In this document: positions 29,729 to 39,246 of the stretch, piece by piece
Numbering within the stretch: the stretch's first letter is position 1
How the letters are laid out: each line of letters begins with the position of its first letter
Virus record (IMG/VR): IMGVR_UViG_3300028025_003146
Coordinates: 21,742 to 85,741 of that record
Reading direction: 5' to 3' (one strand)
DNA: 64,000 nt
From: a virus
Lineage: Duplodnaviria; Caudoviricetes
Program-made: the position numbers and the translations under genes
Notes under the pieces: generated by a model
What the model was told of the DNA's origin: nothing
The model's input: only the letters and a program-made list of their open reading frames with translations
The model's database searches: none

Positions 29729-30393
29729 TAGATTACTCTCCATCCTTGAGATGTATTTGAAAATACTAATTCTACAGCTTTGCTCTTTACGTTAAAAACT
29801 AGATCTTCCGCTATTCCAGCTATCAAGCTTCCGTTTCTTGCAACTGTAAAGTTAGTTGTTTGTGAAGTTCCAGCTGAGTCAACAATGATTACTGTGTCTC
29901 CAATTGAAGGTGCGGCTGGCAATGTTATTACAAGACCTGCTGCTGGTGTTATAAGAAGTCTATCTCCTCTAACTGCTGTATATGAAGCAGTTATATTTGT
30001 CCAAGTATTTGGAATCTTTCCTGCAACTAGTGAATTTAATCCTGTAACTGTTGAAGCAAGTGCGGAAATCTGTCCGCCTGCTGTACTTACATAGTTTTCA
30101 GTTGCATAGATTCTTGTTTCGTGATCAGCAACATCAGCTTCAACATCAGTAATTCTTTGTCCGTTAACTGAGCTGTTAATTGATGTAATAGCTGCGTCTC
30201 TTGCCGCATTAATAGCAGCAATTCTTTCAGTTGTAACTGTAAGAATATCGTTAACGCCCATAGATTTTGCTAATGTATCAAGTGCTGAGGCCAGCAAAAC
30301 TAGGTCGTTTGCATCTAAGGTTGTAGATGCAAGAGCGCTTACCTTTGTTTTAAATAGTTCAACCTGAGTTTGCAGTGTTGTATAATCTGGCAT
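29728..30393 (-). CDS. Tail fibre protein (coiled coil plus C-terminal fibre domain)
   Basis: ITLPAAPSIGDTVIIVD...TVARNGSLIAG...GWRV, a T4 gp34-like repeat. Confidence 0.7.
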   Translation of the reverse strand: MPDYTTLQTQVELFKTKVSALASTTLDANDLVLLASALDTLAKSMGVNDILTVTTERIAAINAARDAAITSINSSVNGQRITDVEADVADHETRIYATENYVSTAGGQISALASTVTGLNSLVAGKIPNTWTNITASYTAVRGDRLLITPAAGLVITLPAAPSIGDTVIIVDSAGTSQTTNFTVARNGSLIAGIAEDLVFNVKSKAVELVFSNTSQGWRVI

Positions 30394-30401
30394 TTTTTCT
30401 C

Positions 30402-33400
30402 CTAAGCCTGAGCTTCAGTCCAGGAAATTCTAGCAAGAATGTTTGCAGCCCCTGAACCAAGATTTGTTGCTGTAACTGTTAAGATATCTGGTCCATTAGG
30501 GAATGATGGGTTTGTCTGAGACCCATTTCCGTTTAGAATTGAGTTTGAAAGGTCTCTAACTTTCTTAGCATCAAATGTAGTAACGGAGAAGTTAGTACCA
30601 CCTGCGTTTTCTGTGTAGAAAGCAAAGATACGATCTCCACCAGTAACGGTATTTGTAGGGGATGTAACTGGTGCTCCAGTACCTCTAACTCCTGTACCGT
30701 CGTGATAAATTACCTGTGCAAGAGAACCAGAACCAACTCTTACTGCTTCCCATTCTGCAGGGATTGCAATACCGTTCATAGTTGCTGGATTTAGAATTCC
30801 TTCAATCAAGAATTGTCCCTGTGAAAGAACTCCAACTGAGTCAAGCTTCATCTGCATACGGTTTGCTAGTTCACGCATTCCAAAGTTTCTTCCTAGACCA
30901 TTGTCTGCAGAAGGTGCCACTCTAATCGAAACGAGTGGACGAGGGGTTGGTGTGCTTCCGAATGTCTGTACTGCGGTACCGTTAGGGTTAATTGCAGAAA
31001 TTGCTTCATCTGCACCCGCTAAAGCAAAAGTAAATGATGTTGGTGCAACCGAAGTAATTAAGAATGTACCGTTGTATCGGCTTGATCCTGTAACTCTTGG
31101 TGATCCAGAAATTGACTGGAAGCCAATATTTGCATTAACCTTGCTGAAAGAGAATGTTGTAGGGCTTGGAACAAGTGAGATTGTATATGTTCCGTTAAAA
31201 ATGCTATCCATACCAGTAATAGTAACCTGCTGTCCAACTGAGTATAGATGTGCTGTACCAGTTGTCAGTGTTGCGATGTTATTGCTGATTTGTCTAAATG
31301 TTGGTGTAACAATATCATTTACACCTGATATGGTTACGTTTGTACCTGATGCTAGTGTGTGAGTACCTGATGTAGTCATTGTTGCCACACCTGATTGCGC
31401 CTGTCGGTTTGTTAGCGTAGCTGAAATTGTTCCAGATCCACCAACCTGCAAGTATCTCTGCATACCAGCAGTAAAGATAAACGACTTATCATCATTAAAT
31501 TTACCATCCATAATTACAGATGATCCCCAGTGTGACATAACTGGTGCACAGTTTTGAGAAATTGTTTGTACTGAAACTTGTGCTGTACCAGATCCGCCAG
31601 GAATTGTTGAGTCTGGAACAAAGTTTGATTGGATAGATGTTCCAAATAGATTCATTGGAACTCCTCCGTAAACTAGAGGTTGTGCGACTCTTCTTACAAT
31701 ATTAACTGCATGTGCTTGAATTGATGGATTATATGCACCAATTGATGTATATTCGCAAATCTCAAAATTAGCTCCATCTGCAATTCTTAGGTATCCTGTT
31801 GATGGCCAGAAGCTTACGTCATTGACATAGATTACTGTGTCTTGAGGGAATAGTGTGGATCCGCTTAGCCCTGATCCTCCTGCAATTAATTTTGCAGAGT
31901 TTAGAGGCTCATTAATTGTTTCATATCTTGCAGGAAGGTTTCCTGATCTCATATATGAAGCGGTATTAATATTATTCATTACCATCTTGTGACACCAGAT
32001 AATGTTACCGTCGGTGCCTCTTAATCCAAATCTAATTGAACCTGCTCCATACCAAGAGTAGTCAATAAATGTCATTTGCATCTTTGATATATCAAGGTCG
32101 TACCCTGTTGGTCCGTGTCCGTCTACAGTATCAATGTTCCAATCGTGTTGTGGAATCTTTTGAATCTGTGTCTTAAGATAAGGAGAACCACTAACACTTG
32201 GTCCTCTGTATGCTGGGGCAATGTTTAAAGAAGTATCATTGTTAATCTGAATAACTCTATAAGACTGTCCTCTAACTACAATTAGGTCTCCAACAAGTAG
32301 TTGCTTTCTAAATCTAGTATCCACTCCTGTGACTACATTTGAAAATTGTGTTACTGAGATCTTTCCAAATAGTTCTTTGTTTGAGAATCTTCTTACTGCA
32401 TACAATGTCCGTCCATCATACTCAAAATAGAATCCATTTTGATCATCATATAGTCCCGCTCTTGTTGCTGAGCCTTTCCACTGATATGCTGTTACGAATG
32501 CATTAACTCCACCTGGCAATTGATCGATTGCGCTAATTGCAGAAGTAAATGTCTTTTGTACAATAATTGTATTTGAATCTGTTACTGAGCTAATGGTGAA
32601 TAGGCCATTGAATGGGTTATATGCTCCCACTGTTTCAATTCCCTCAATTTTAATTGTTGCGCCAGCCTGTAGGTTGTGATCTTGCAAAACACGAATTGTG
32701 ATTGCATTTGATCCAATTGCTGTGCTTGATGCTGCAATATAAGATATATCAAATGAAGGGGTAAACTTTGTTCCTGTTGAAAACGTAATTGACTTACCTG
32801 ACTGATATCTAAAATATCTACGTGTCTGTCTAAGTGTTTGTGTTCCGCATACGTTATTTCCAGTCGTGAGAATAACTCCACCATCAAACGGTCTATGTTC
32901 TACGTAGCCCTCTGGCTTACAGAATAGACCAATTCCTGTGGTGTTTATTGCACCTACTGGAATTAATGACTGTGTCATGAATGAAAATGAATTTGGGGTT
33001 GTAACTCTGTCAATCAAGAAGCTTCCATTAATTGCGCTTCCTGATGGAGCTGAAATCAAAATTGGCGTTCCTGGATAAAGTCCATGTGGGTTTGTAGTAA
33101 CAACATCGATTCTTGAAAGACTTGCACCGTCTGATGTTGCTGCCCAAGAATTTAAGGCTCCAGTATTTCCGCCTGGAATGTGTGCATTATCAAAGATTCC
33201 TCCACCGTAAAGTGTTGTTAGGGTTCCATCTAGAACACTAGTCAAGTTTGGAACATTGCCCTTGGCAATAAATGAAAATGCTGTTGAGTCAACAATGGTA
33301 ATAAGAAAAGTACCATCTGTAAGAGGGCTTAGTGATTCGTTAACGCTTACTACGTCTCCGTTGTTTAATCCGTGTGGGGTTGCGGTTGTTACAACAATTC

Positions 33401-33899
33401 TAGATCTTGGTGATCCGCCTGATGAAATAATAGAAATTACATCTAGGGAGTTTCCGCCTGTATTTCTTGAAAAGAATGTTGGGTAGTTATTTTGAAGAGA
33501 AAGAGATTCCCATTTAGAACCCTGCACACCGTACTCAAAGTCAGTATCAATCAAAGACTCTGGATCAGATATTTTTAGCTTTCCTACTGCATCCAACTGG
33601 TCTGGTGAAGGCGTAAATGTCTCAGATGGCTCGTCAACCATAATTTGAAGCTTATCTGTTGACTGCATTGATGCTGTATTATACTCAAGAACTAAAGTTG
33701 TGTGAACATCATTTAGACTATCAGTTAAAGAGTAGCTTGCTAGACCTACCGCTGGGTCTGAAAAATTATAAATAATTTTATTTTGGGTGACGTTTGTGAT
33801 CAAAAGAAGATTTTGTCTTAGTACAAATCTTGGAATTGTAATCGTGGATGTTGCGGGGGAAAATATAATCCCTTGATCGTTAATTGCTCTTCTTGCCAT
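30402..33899 (-). CDS. Large virion structural / fibre protein
   Basis: 1165 aa; repeated TT..PHGL..G...I.G...NG.F beta modules; RQTRRYFRYQSGKS and DYSWYGAG motifs. Confidence 0.7.
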   Translation of the reverse strand: MARRAINDQGIIFSPATSTITIPRFVLRQNLLLITNVTQNKIIYNFSDPAVGLASYSLTDSLNDVHTTLVLEYNTASMQSTDKLQIMVDEPSETFTPSPDQLDAVGKLKISDPESLIDTDFEYGVQGSKWESLSLQNNYPTFFSRNTGGNSLDVISIISSGGSPRSRIVVTTATPHGLNNGDVVSVNESLSPLTDGTFLITIVDSTAFSFIAKGNVPNLTSVLDGTLTTLYGGGIFDNAHIPGGNTGALNSWAATSDGASLSRIDVVTTNPHGLYPGTPILISAPSGSAINGSFLIDRVTTPNSFSFMTQSLIPVGAINTTGIGLFCKPEGYVEHRPFDGGVILTTGNNVCGTQTLRQTRRYFRYQSGKSITFSTGTKFTPSFDISYIAASSTAIGSNAITIRVLQDHNLQAGATIKIEGIETVGAYNPFNGLFTISSVTDSNTIIVQKTFTSAISAIDQLPGGVNAFVTAYQWKGSATRAGLYDDQNGFYFEYDGRTLYAVRRFSNKELFGKISVTQFSNVVTGVDTRFRKQLLVGDLIVVRGQSYRVIQINNDTSLNIAPAYRGPSVSGSPYLKTQIQKIPQHDWNIDTVDGHGPTGYDLDISKMQMTFIDYSWYGAGSIRFGLRGTDGNIIWCHKMVMNNINTASYMRSGNLPARYETINEPLNSAKLIAGGSGLSGSTLFPQDTVIYVNDVSFWPSTGYLRIADGANFEICEYTSIGAYNPSIQAHAVNIVRRVAQPLVYGGVPMNLFGTSIQSNFVPDSTIPGGSGTAQVSVQTISQNCAPVMSHWGSSVIMDGKFNDDKSFIFTAGMQRYLQVGGSGTISATLTNRQAQSGVATMTTSGTHTLASGTNVTISGVNDIVTPTFRQISNNIATLTTGTAHLYSVGQQVTITGMDSIFNGTYTISLVPSPTTFSFSKVNANIGFQSISGSPRVTGSSRYNGTFLITSVAPTSFTFALAGADEAISAINPNGTAVQTFGSTPTPRPLVSIRVAPSADNGLGRNFGMRELANRMQMKLDSVGVLSQGQFLIEGILNPATMNGIAIPAEWEAVRVGSGSLAQVIYHDGTGVRGTGAPVTSPTNTVTGGDRIFAFYTENAGGTNFSVTTFDAKKVRDLSNSILNGNGSQTNPSFPNGPDILTVTATNLGSGAANILARISWTEAQA

Positions 33900-33914
33900 A
33901 TTGGTTAGTCTCCC

Positions 33915-34532
33915 TTAGAAAATAAAACTTGTTGCCATAATTGTACCATTTATCTGTGCCAAAGATGATGTTAGTGCATATTTTGGATAATAAATACCTA
34001 GATTAAGTAATGAATCTAATTCATAGGCTGAAACTCTTCTTTCAATATCTGCCACAACTACATCTCCAATTGGACCTGTCGGACCAACGGGTCCCTGGAC
34101 TCCTGCTGGACCCTGAATACCTTGTGGACCTCTTACGTTACCTTGTAAAACCCAAGTTGTTGTTGATGCGCTATAAACATAATACTCTCCAGTATTTAAA
34201 TTTATAAAGTTGTCGCCTTCAATTAAATTTGTTAGCCCTGCATTTTGTGGAACTGATTGAGCTGTATATGTCTTTGTTCCTCTTGTACCTGGAACACCTG
34301 CTGGGCCCGTAACTGATGCGCCCCGTGGAATTGAAAAGTTTAAAACAGCATTTGTTGCTGTGCCTGAATTTGTAACTGTTGCATTTAGGCCTGAAGCAAC
34401 CGATGTTACTGTACCTACAGATATAGCTGCTGCAGTTCCTGCTGGGCCTTGAGGGCCAGTAGCTCCCGTTGGGCCAGGTCGTGATCCTGCAACGACTACC
34501 CACTCAGTTCCGTTATAGCGTTTTAATGACAT
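33915..34532 (-). CDS. Collagen-like (Gly-X-Y) fibre protein
   Basis: GPTGATGPQGPAG and GPQGIQGPAGVQGPVGPTGPIG. Confidence 0.8.
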   Translation of the reverse strand: MSLKRYNGTEWVVVAGSRPGPTGATGPQGPAGTAAAISVGTVTSVASGLNATVTNSGTATNAVLNFSIPRGASVTGPAGVPGTRGTKTYTAQSVPQNAGLTNLIEGDNFINLNTGEYYVYSASTTTWVLQGNVRGPQGIQGPAGVQGPVGPTGPIGDVVVADIERRVSAYELDSLLNLGIYYPKYALTSSLAQINGTIMATSFIF

Positions 34533-34571
34533 ATTTGATTACCTCTCCACTATTATACAACATATCTTTTA

Positions 34572-36449
34572 TTAAACCCCAGCCCAAATCAGCGTTTCCG
34601 CATCAAAGGTTGGGAATATCTTTATCCATTGTCCTGCCGCTGCTACATATAAAGAAGCCTCTGAAGATATGTATGCTATCATTCCGCCGTGCAAAGATGC
34701 TGCTGGCAGGCTAGCAAAATTTGTTATTTGTGCAGCATTATTTTTAAATAAATCAGAGTAAGTTATTTCTCCTTCTTCTGTTGTTAAGTCTAGCCAAAAT
34801 TCTGTTTGTGCTGGATTAGGTGGAGTTGTTGAAGATAAAATTGATTGACCACTTGTATCGTCAAGATCTACCCAGAAATCTCCTTCAATTGCAGTATACG
34901 TAGGTGGCTCTTCATCTGAATAAATTAAAGGAAGTTCTGGCTCATCTGTATCAATCCACAGCGTGTCCATCCCATATGTTCCTTCAGCTGGAGGATTAGG
35001 TCCAGCAAATACAAATTCAGTAGAGCCTGCGTCATCGTCAACATCTATCCAAAGATCTCCTGTTGATGTTGCACCTGCTGGGGGTGAAATTAAACCAACA
35101 AAAAATGTGCTTGGTGGCAAAGATGTATCTGTTGGAATTAGTGTTAGTCCACCGCCTCCGCCTGAGCCTTGAATATCTTGCCAAAGTAGTCCGTCCCAGA
35201 CCTTTAGTTTGTCTAGTGGCTTATTGTAATAGATTTGTCCGTGTACTGGAGTTAGTGGAGCGGCATCAAGTCCAATAATAATTCCATTATTAAAAGTATT
35301 TTTAGATGTCCATGTATTTGTTGTAGATTGAGATAGGTTTGTTGTTACATTTTCCCAAGCCGAGTTTAAAGCATTCCATACCTTTAGAGCACCTATTGTT
35401 CCGCTTCTTGCTTCATCCGTATCAAACCAGAATTGACCATCTATTGGAGAAGTGGGTGCATTAGAGGACATCTTTGCAGTAGAAGGGGGAATATAGGCTT
35501 CTAGAATCATCTTGTTAGATTCATCATCGTAGGTTACAGAAATATTAGGATTTGTTCCATGAGTAAACAATGGTCCGATTGCATCTTGAACTTGTTCTTG
35601 GGTTAATTGAGCTACTGCTACAAAGTTAATCTTGCCTGTGACATCATCATATGTTGCCGTTAAATTTGTATGAGTTCCAGAGGTTATAAGGCCTGCGGCT
35701 ACATCCTGAATTTTCTCGTCTATATCTAATTGAGATAGTGGAACTTTTCCAAGTCCATCAAGTTGTGCAATTCCATCTGCTTGGCCTACTTCTGATACAG
35801 GAACATATTTTGTATCGCTTGTATTTCCAAGGGCAGCAATTGCTGCATCAGTATATGACTTTGATGAGGCTAAAGCTGTGGCTATAGCTGTTGTTATAGT
35901 TGTTGAAAAATTAGGATCGTCATTTATTGCTGCCGCTATTTCATTTAGGGTATTTAGCAGTGCTGGAGAGGTATCAACTAAATTTGAAATTGCTTGATTT
36001 ACGTATGCTTGGCTTGCTATTGTATTTGTATTTACAGATAAGGTTATTGTTTTTGCTACGCTATCGTAGACCTTGTCTATTCCGCCTGTAGCAACAATTG
36101 CCGTTGCAATTGCAGCAATTGCTTCTTCATTATCGTATGTAGCTGTTAAGTTTATTTTTCTGGCCACATCGTCGTAAGCAACAGTTATATTTGTATGCGT
36201 TCCAGTGGTTAGCAGGTCTCCAACTAGATCCTCTACCTCTTCGGTATCAAGAATGTTGGTTTCTAGGGTTCGAACTTTAAAGTCTAGGGAGTTAGGGTTT
36301 GTGTCATTGGTTTTTCCAACTTTTGTCTCAAGGGCCTCAATAGCATCATTTGCGTCTGCATGCTGTTTAGCATGTGGGACAGCTAAAACCGAGTCAGTCG
36401 GCTGTGGGTTAACTAGAACGTCTAGGTCTGCTGGAAAATTTGTTGCCAT
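34572..36449 (-). CDS. Tail fibre protein
   Basis: NTLNEIAAAINDD motif, E.VQD...YDD repeats, repeated P...G..W.D modules. Confidence 0.75.
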   Translation of the reverse strand: MATNFPADLDVLVNPQPTDSVLAVPHAKQHADANDAIEALETKVGKTNDTNPNSLDFKVRTLETNILDTEEVEDLVGDLLTTGTHTNITVAYDDVARKINLTATYDNEEAIAAIATAIVATGGIDKVYDSVAKTITLSVNTNTIASQAYVNQAISNLVDTSPALLNTLNEIAAAINDDPNFSTTITTAIATALASSKSYTDAAIAALGNTSDTKYVPVSEVGQADGIAQLDGLGKVPLSQLDIDEKIQDVAAGLITSGTHTNLTATYDDVTGKINFVAVAQLTQEQVQDAIGPLFTHGTNPNISVTYDDESNKMILEAYIPPSTAKMSSNAPTSPIDGQFWFDTDEARSGTIGALKVWNALNSAWENVTTNLSQSTTNTWTSKNTFNNGIIIGLDAAPLTPVHGQIYYNKPLDKLKVWDGLLWQDIQGSGGGGGLTLIPTDTSLPPSTFFVGLISPPAGATSTGDLWIDVDDDAGSTEFVFAGPNPPAEGTYGMDTLWIDTDEPELPLIYSDEEPPTYTAIEGDFWVDLDDTSGQSILSSTTPPNPAQTEFWLDLTTEEGEITYSDLFKNNAAQITNFASLPAASLHGGMIAYISSEASLYVAAAGQWIKIFPTFDAETLIWAGV

Positions 36450-36494
36450 ATGGTTGCACCTCTTTCCTTATTATACCCTAAAGCTTATTAAGTT

Positions 36495-36722
36495 TTACCA
36501 CTTACCTAGGGGGCATGTAGCCTTCTCAAGCTTTGTTTTTAAGTGCATTAAGCATCCACACTTTTTGCATTGCTTGGTGAGGGATATAAGTTCTGGACAA
36601 AACTTGCATATCTCATATCTTCTGTCAGCCTCTTCCTCTGTGGCGTATTCAGTTTTTGGATTTAAAAAATCCCAGGGCCTTACTTCTCTTTTGGTAAGAT
36701 CTGTGTTTTCTATATCTGACAT
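36495..36722 (-). CDS. Small Cys-rich (Zn-binding) protein
   Basis: RRYEICKFC...CKKCGC...CPLGKW. Confidence 0.7.
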   Translation of the reverse strand: MSDIENTDLTKREVRPWDFLNPKTEYATEEEADRRYEICKFCPELISLTKQCKKCGCLMHLKTKLEKATCPLGKW

Positions 36723-36762
36723 TTTATCCCCTATGCCTTTAATTATACCAAAAGACTTATTT

Positions 36763-37419
36763 TTAACATAGAGGTATCCATTTTTCTAAGTACTGTCCCT
36801 TTAATTCAGAGACTGGAAGAACCTGTATGCTTAGATATTTAAAATAGTCTAGATAAACAATCTTATTTCCCGCCTCAGAAATTATAATATCTCCTAGGCT
36901 TAAAGCAAGAGGGGTTTCATTAATCTTTATGTTAGAAACAGAATCTTCTAGGCATAGTATTCCAAACAAAGCTGGCTTGCTTGCGCTAGACTGATCGTGC
37001 CAAAAATCAGTGGGTGGCGATTCTAATAGATCACAGGAAAGATAATATCTATTGGTATCGTAGCTTAAGTTAAACTTATTACAGGATTCTTTTACTGCCC
37101 CTACAACATCTTTAAATATCTTATTAACTTGAATATCTGGAAAAGATAAAACGTTTTTGTTTTTATTTGGAAATACCTCTTGTGGTTTTTGTGTCATTCC
37201 TAAAATGCCAGCAACAGGAAATTGATATACAAGATCTTTCTTGTTTAATTCTGAGTAAAACTTTTCATATACCCCAGCAGCCTCTGTGTGGCCTACATGT
37301 ATCAGTGTTTGTTTATTAGATCTGTATAGCAATCTTTCGTTACGACTCAATTTTACCACCAGGCCTTTCTTTAACCCAAACAAACGGGTAAACAGGATCT
37401 CTTGGTGGCAGAATGTCAT
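36763..37419 (-). CDS. Hypothetical protein (start uncertain; possible degenerate double-stranded beta-helix)
   Basis: ORF track; WHD...LSLGDIII pattern only weakly suggests a cupin/2OG fold. Confidence 0.5.
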   Translation of the reverse strand: MTFCHQEILFTRLFGLKKGLVVKLSRNERLLYRSNKQTLIHVGHTEAAGVYEKFYSELNKKDLVYQFPVAGILGMTQKPQEVFPNKNKNVLSFPDIQVNKIFKDVVGAVKESCNKFNLSYDTNRYYLSCDLLESPPTDFWHDQSSASKPALFGILCLEDSVSNIKINETPLALSLGDIIISEAGNKIVYLDYFKYLSIQVLPVSELKGQYLEKWIPLC

Positions 37420-37891
37420 CTACAGAAATATCAGACAATAATTCTTCTGGCTTCCTTGAAGGAATATATTCTCCGCCTGATCCATAAGCTCCAATTATTC
37501 CCTTTTGTGTTTTTAGGCTACTATCTGTAGTTGTCTCTACTATTATATCAAAAAGCTCGTACATAAGGGTTCTTAATATAGGACCACTAACTGCTAAAAG
37601 CCCCCTTTTTCTATAAACTGGATTTATGTAAACTCTGTCTACGGTTCCGTCATAATCCACAAGCAGATACATGTCTGGATAATTTTTTACAACACAACTT
37701 GAAACTATAACAGCTCCTTCTGCGTGATCGTTATTAAAATAAAACTGACACACCCATTTTGTTTGTAACAAAGATACTTCTGTTATCTGAAGCCACCACC
37801 CCGCAAGCTCTTTAGGCCAGGCTGAAAATACAGGCACTATCTTTTCATTAATTTTTTTCAGACTTATAATATTATATTGCGAAGGAATCAT
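37340..37891 (-). CDS. GNAT-like acyltransferase (putative)
   Basis: VDRVYINPVYRKRGL resembles the GNAT motif A acetyl-CoA binding loop. Confidence 0.55.
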   Translation of the reverse strand: MIPSQYNIISLKKINEKIVPVFSAWPKELAGWWLQITEVSLLQTKWVCQFYFNNDHAEGAVIVSSCVVKNYPDMYLLVDYDGTVDRVYINPVYRKRGLLAVSGPILRTLMYELFDIIVETTTDSSLKTQKGIIGAYGSGGEYIPSRKPEELLSDISVDDILPPRDPVYPFVWVKERPGGKIES

Positions 37892-39245
37892 GTGTTAGCA
37901 TTTTTTCAGTAAAGAACATATCGTAAGGTTCACAGTCTATTGATATGGTTTCATGAGCAACTTCTATTACTTCAAATAAGTCTACAATTTCCCAACTATT
38001 ACTATCTAGGTCAAAGACATAATCTAACTGCTCAACAACTTCTTCAGACCTAATAAATTGAGTTATTCCATTTCTTTTTACAAGGATCCAGTGCCACTGT
38101 GAGAAGATATCGCCATTAATTACAACAGCCTTGTCTCCAATTCTCCTAGTTATTCCAACTATTTCTGTATTTACAATATTTAAGTTTGGATTATCACTTG
38201 TCCATGATAATGCTTCTTCGGTAACACCTTCAGATGGATTATATGGGAATCCTTCTAGATCTGCAGAAAGTAATATGTCACCTACATTTAAATTTTCAGC
38301 ACGAACAAGTCCTGATGGAGTTCTAACTAAAGTAGATACCGAAACAGATTTTCCAACAGGTGGTCCAAGTGGTGGCAAATCTATTGGTGGAAAAGCTGGT
38401 GGATCTGCTGGTGGAGCTGCTGGTGGATCTGCTGGTGGTGCTGCTGGTGGATCTGCTGGTGGTGCACTTGGTGGAGCTGAAATTCCACAAAAACTGTATC
38501 CAAGGTATACGTCTGGGCATCCAGCCGTCCAAGATCTTTGATATGCGTTTCCATAACCTTGAGCGTTTACGTTAGTGCAATATGTTGGGGCATCTACATA
38601 ATCACAATCTACTGGTGGGCCTGCTGGTGGGCCTGCAGGTGGTCCTGCTGGTGGACCTTGTGGTGGAACAGATGCTGCAGCAGTAGTAAAGCTTGTACTG
38701 GAAGACGCAGAAGATCCACTATAATTTGCATTTGCATATAGTGTTACGGTTACAGAGTAATTTGTGCCAGCAGAAAAACCACTTAGTAGTACTGGTGGGC
38801 CTCCCCCAGAGGATGCACTATTATTCGAAGAACCATTGCTAGCTGTAACGGTATATGAACCCCAACCGCTTCCTCCCCATGTTATGTAGGCTTGATCTTG
38901 AGTCCAAGCTTGGCCTGCTCCTGCGCCATACGCAATAACAGAACCTATATTTGGGTATGGACTTGGCGGCGGCGGTGGTGGTGGAGGCTCTACATAATTG
39001 TAATATCTAAATGGTATAGTCTCACCAATTTTAACAGTACTTCCGCTTGCAATTTCTTGATCTACAATTGACTGATTTAAATTTATATTTTGAATATCAG
39101 AGGCAGTTTCAGACCAACTCAGTCCAACTGATTCTAGGGCTGTTTTTGCTTGAGATCTACTTAAACCTGATAAGTTAGGCACGTTTACTTTTCTAATACC
39201 GACTCTCGATATCGAAATTCTTTTGCTAGATCTTCTTCTAGCCAT
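37872..39245 (-). CDS. PASTA + FN3-like + Pro-rich + C-terminal Hint-domain protein
   Basis: VPNLSGLSRSQAKTALESVGL...IVDQ (PASTA); PPAG/PPAD repeats; SVSVSTLVRTPSGLVRAENLNVGDILLS...ISIDCEPYDMFFTEKMLTHD (Hint N- and C-blocks). Confidence 0.75.
   Translation of the reverse strand: MARRRSSKRISISRVGIRKVNVPNLSGLSRSQAKTALESVGLSWSETASDIQNINLNQSIVDQEIASGSTVKIGETIPFRYYNYVEPPPPPPPPSPYPNIGSVIAYGAGAGQAWTQDQAYITWGGSGWGSYTVTASNGSSNNSASSGGGPPVLLSGFSAGTNYSVTVTLYANANYSGSSASSSTSFTTAAASVPPQGPPAGPPAGPPAGPPVDCDYVDAPTYCTNVNAQGYGNAYQRSWTAGCPDVYLGYSFCGISAPPSAPPADPPAAPPADPPAAPPADPPAFPPIDLPPLGPPVGKSVSVSTLVRTPSGLVRAENLNVGDILLSADLEGFPYNPSEGVTEEALSWTSDNPNLNIVNTEIVGITRRIGDKAVVINGDIFSQWHWILVKRNGITQFIRSEEVVEQLDYVFDLDSNSWEIVDLFEVIEVAHETISIDCEPYDMFFTEKMLTHDSFAI
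38395..38466. repeat. 12-bp tandem repeat (GCTGGTGGNNCT) encoding PPAD/PPAA; a related array lies at about 38612..38660
   Basis: Seen directly in the sequence. Confidence 0.85.
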
Positions 39246-39246
39246 T

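Noticed and set aside
37872-38350. Canonical splicing intein
   Set aside because: The Hint domain is C-terminal, ends HD with only four trailing residues and has no endonuclease domain.
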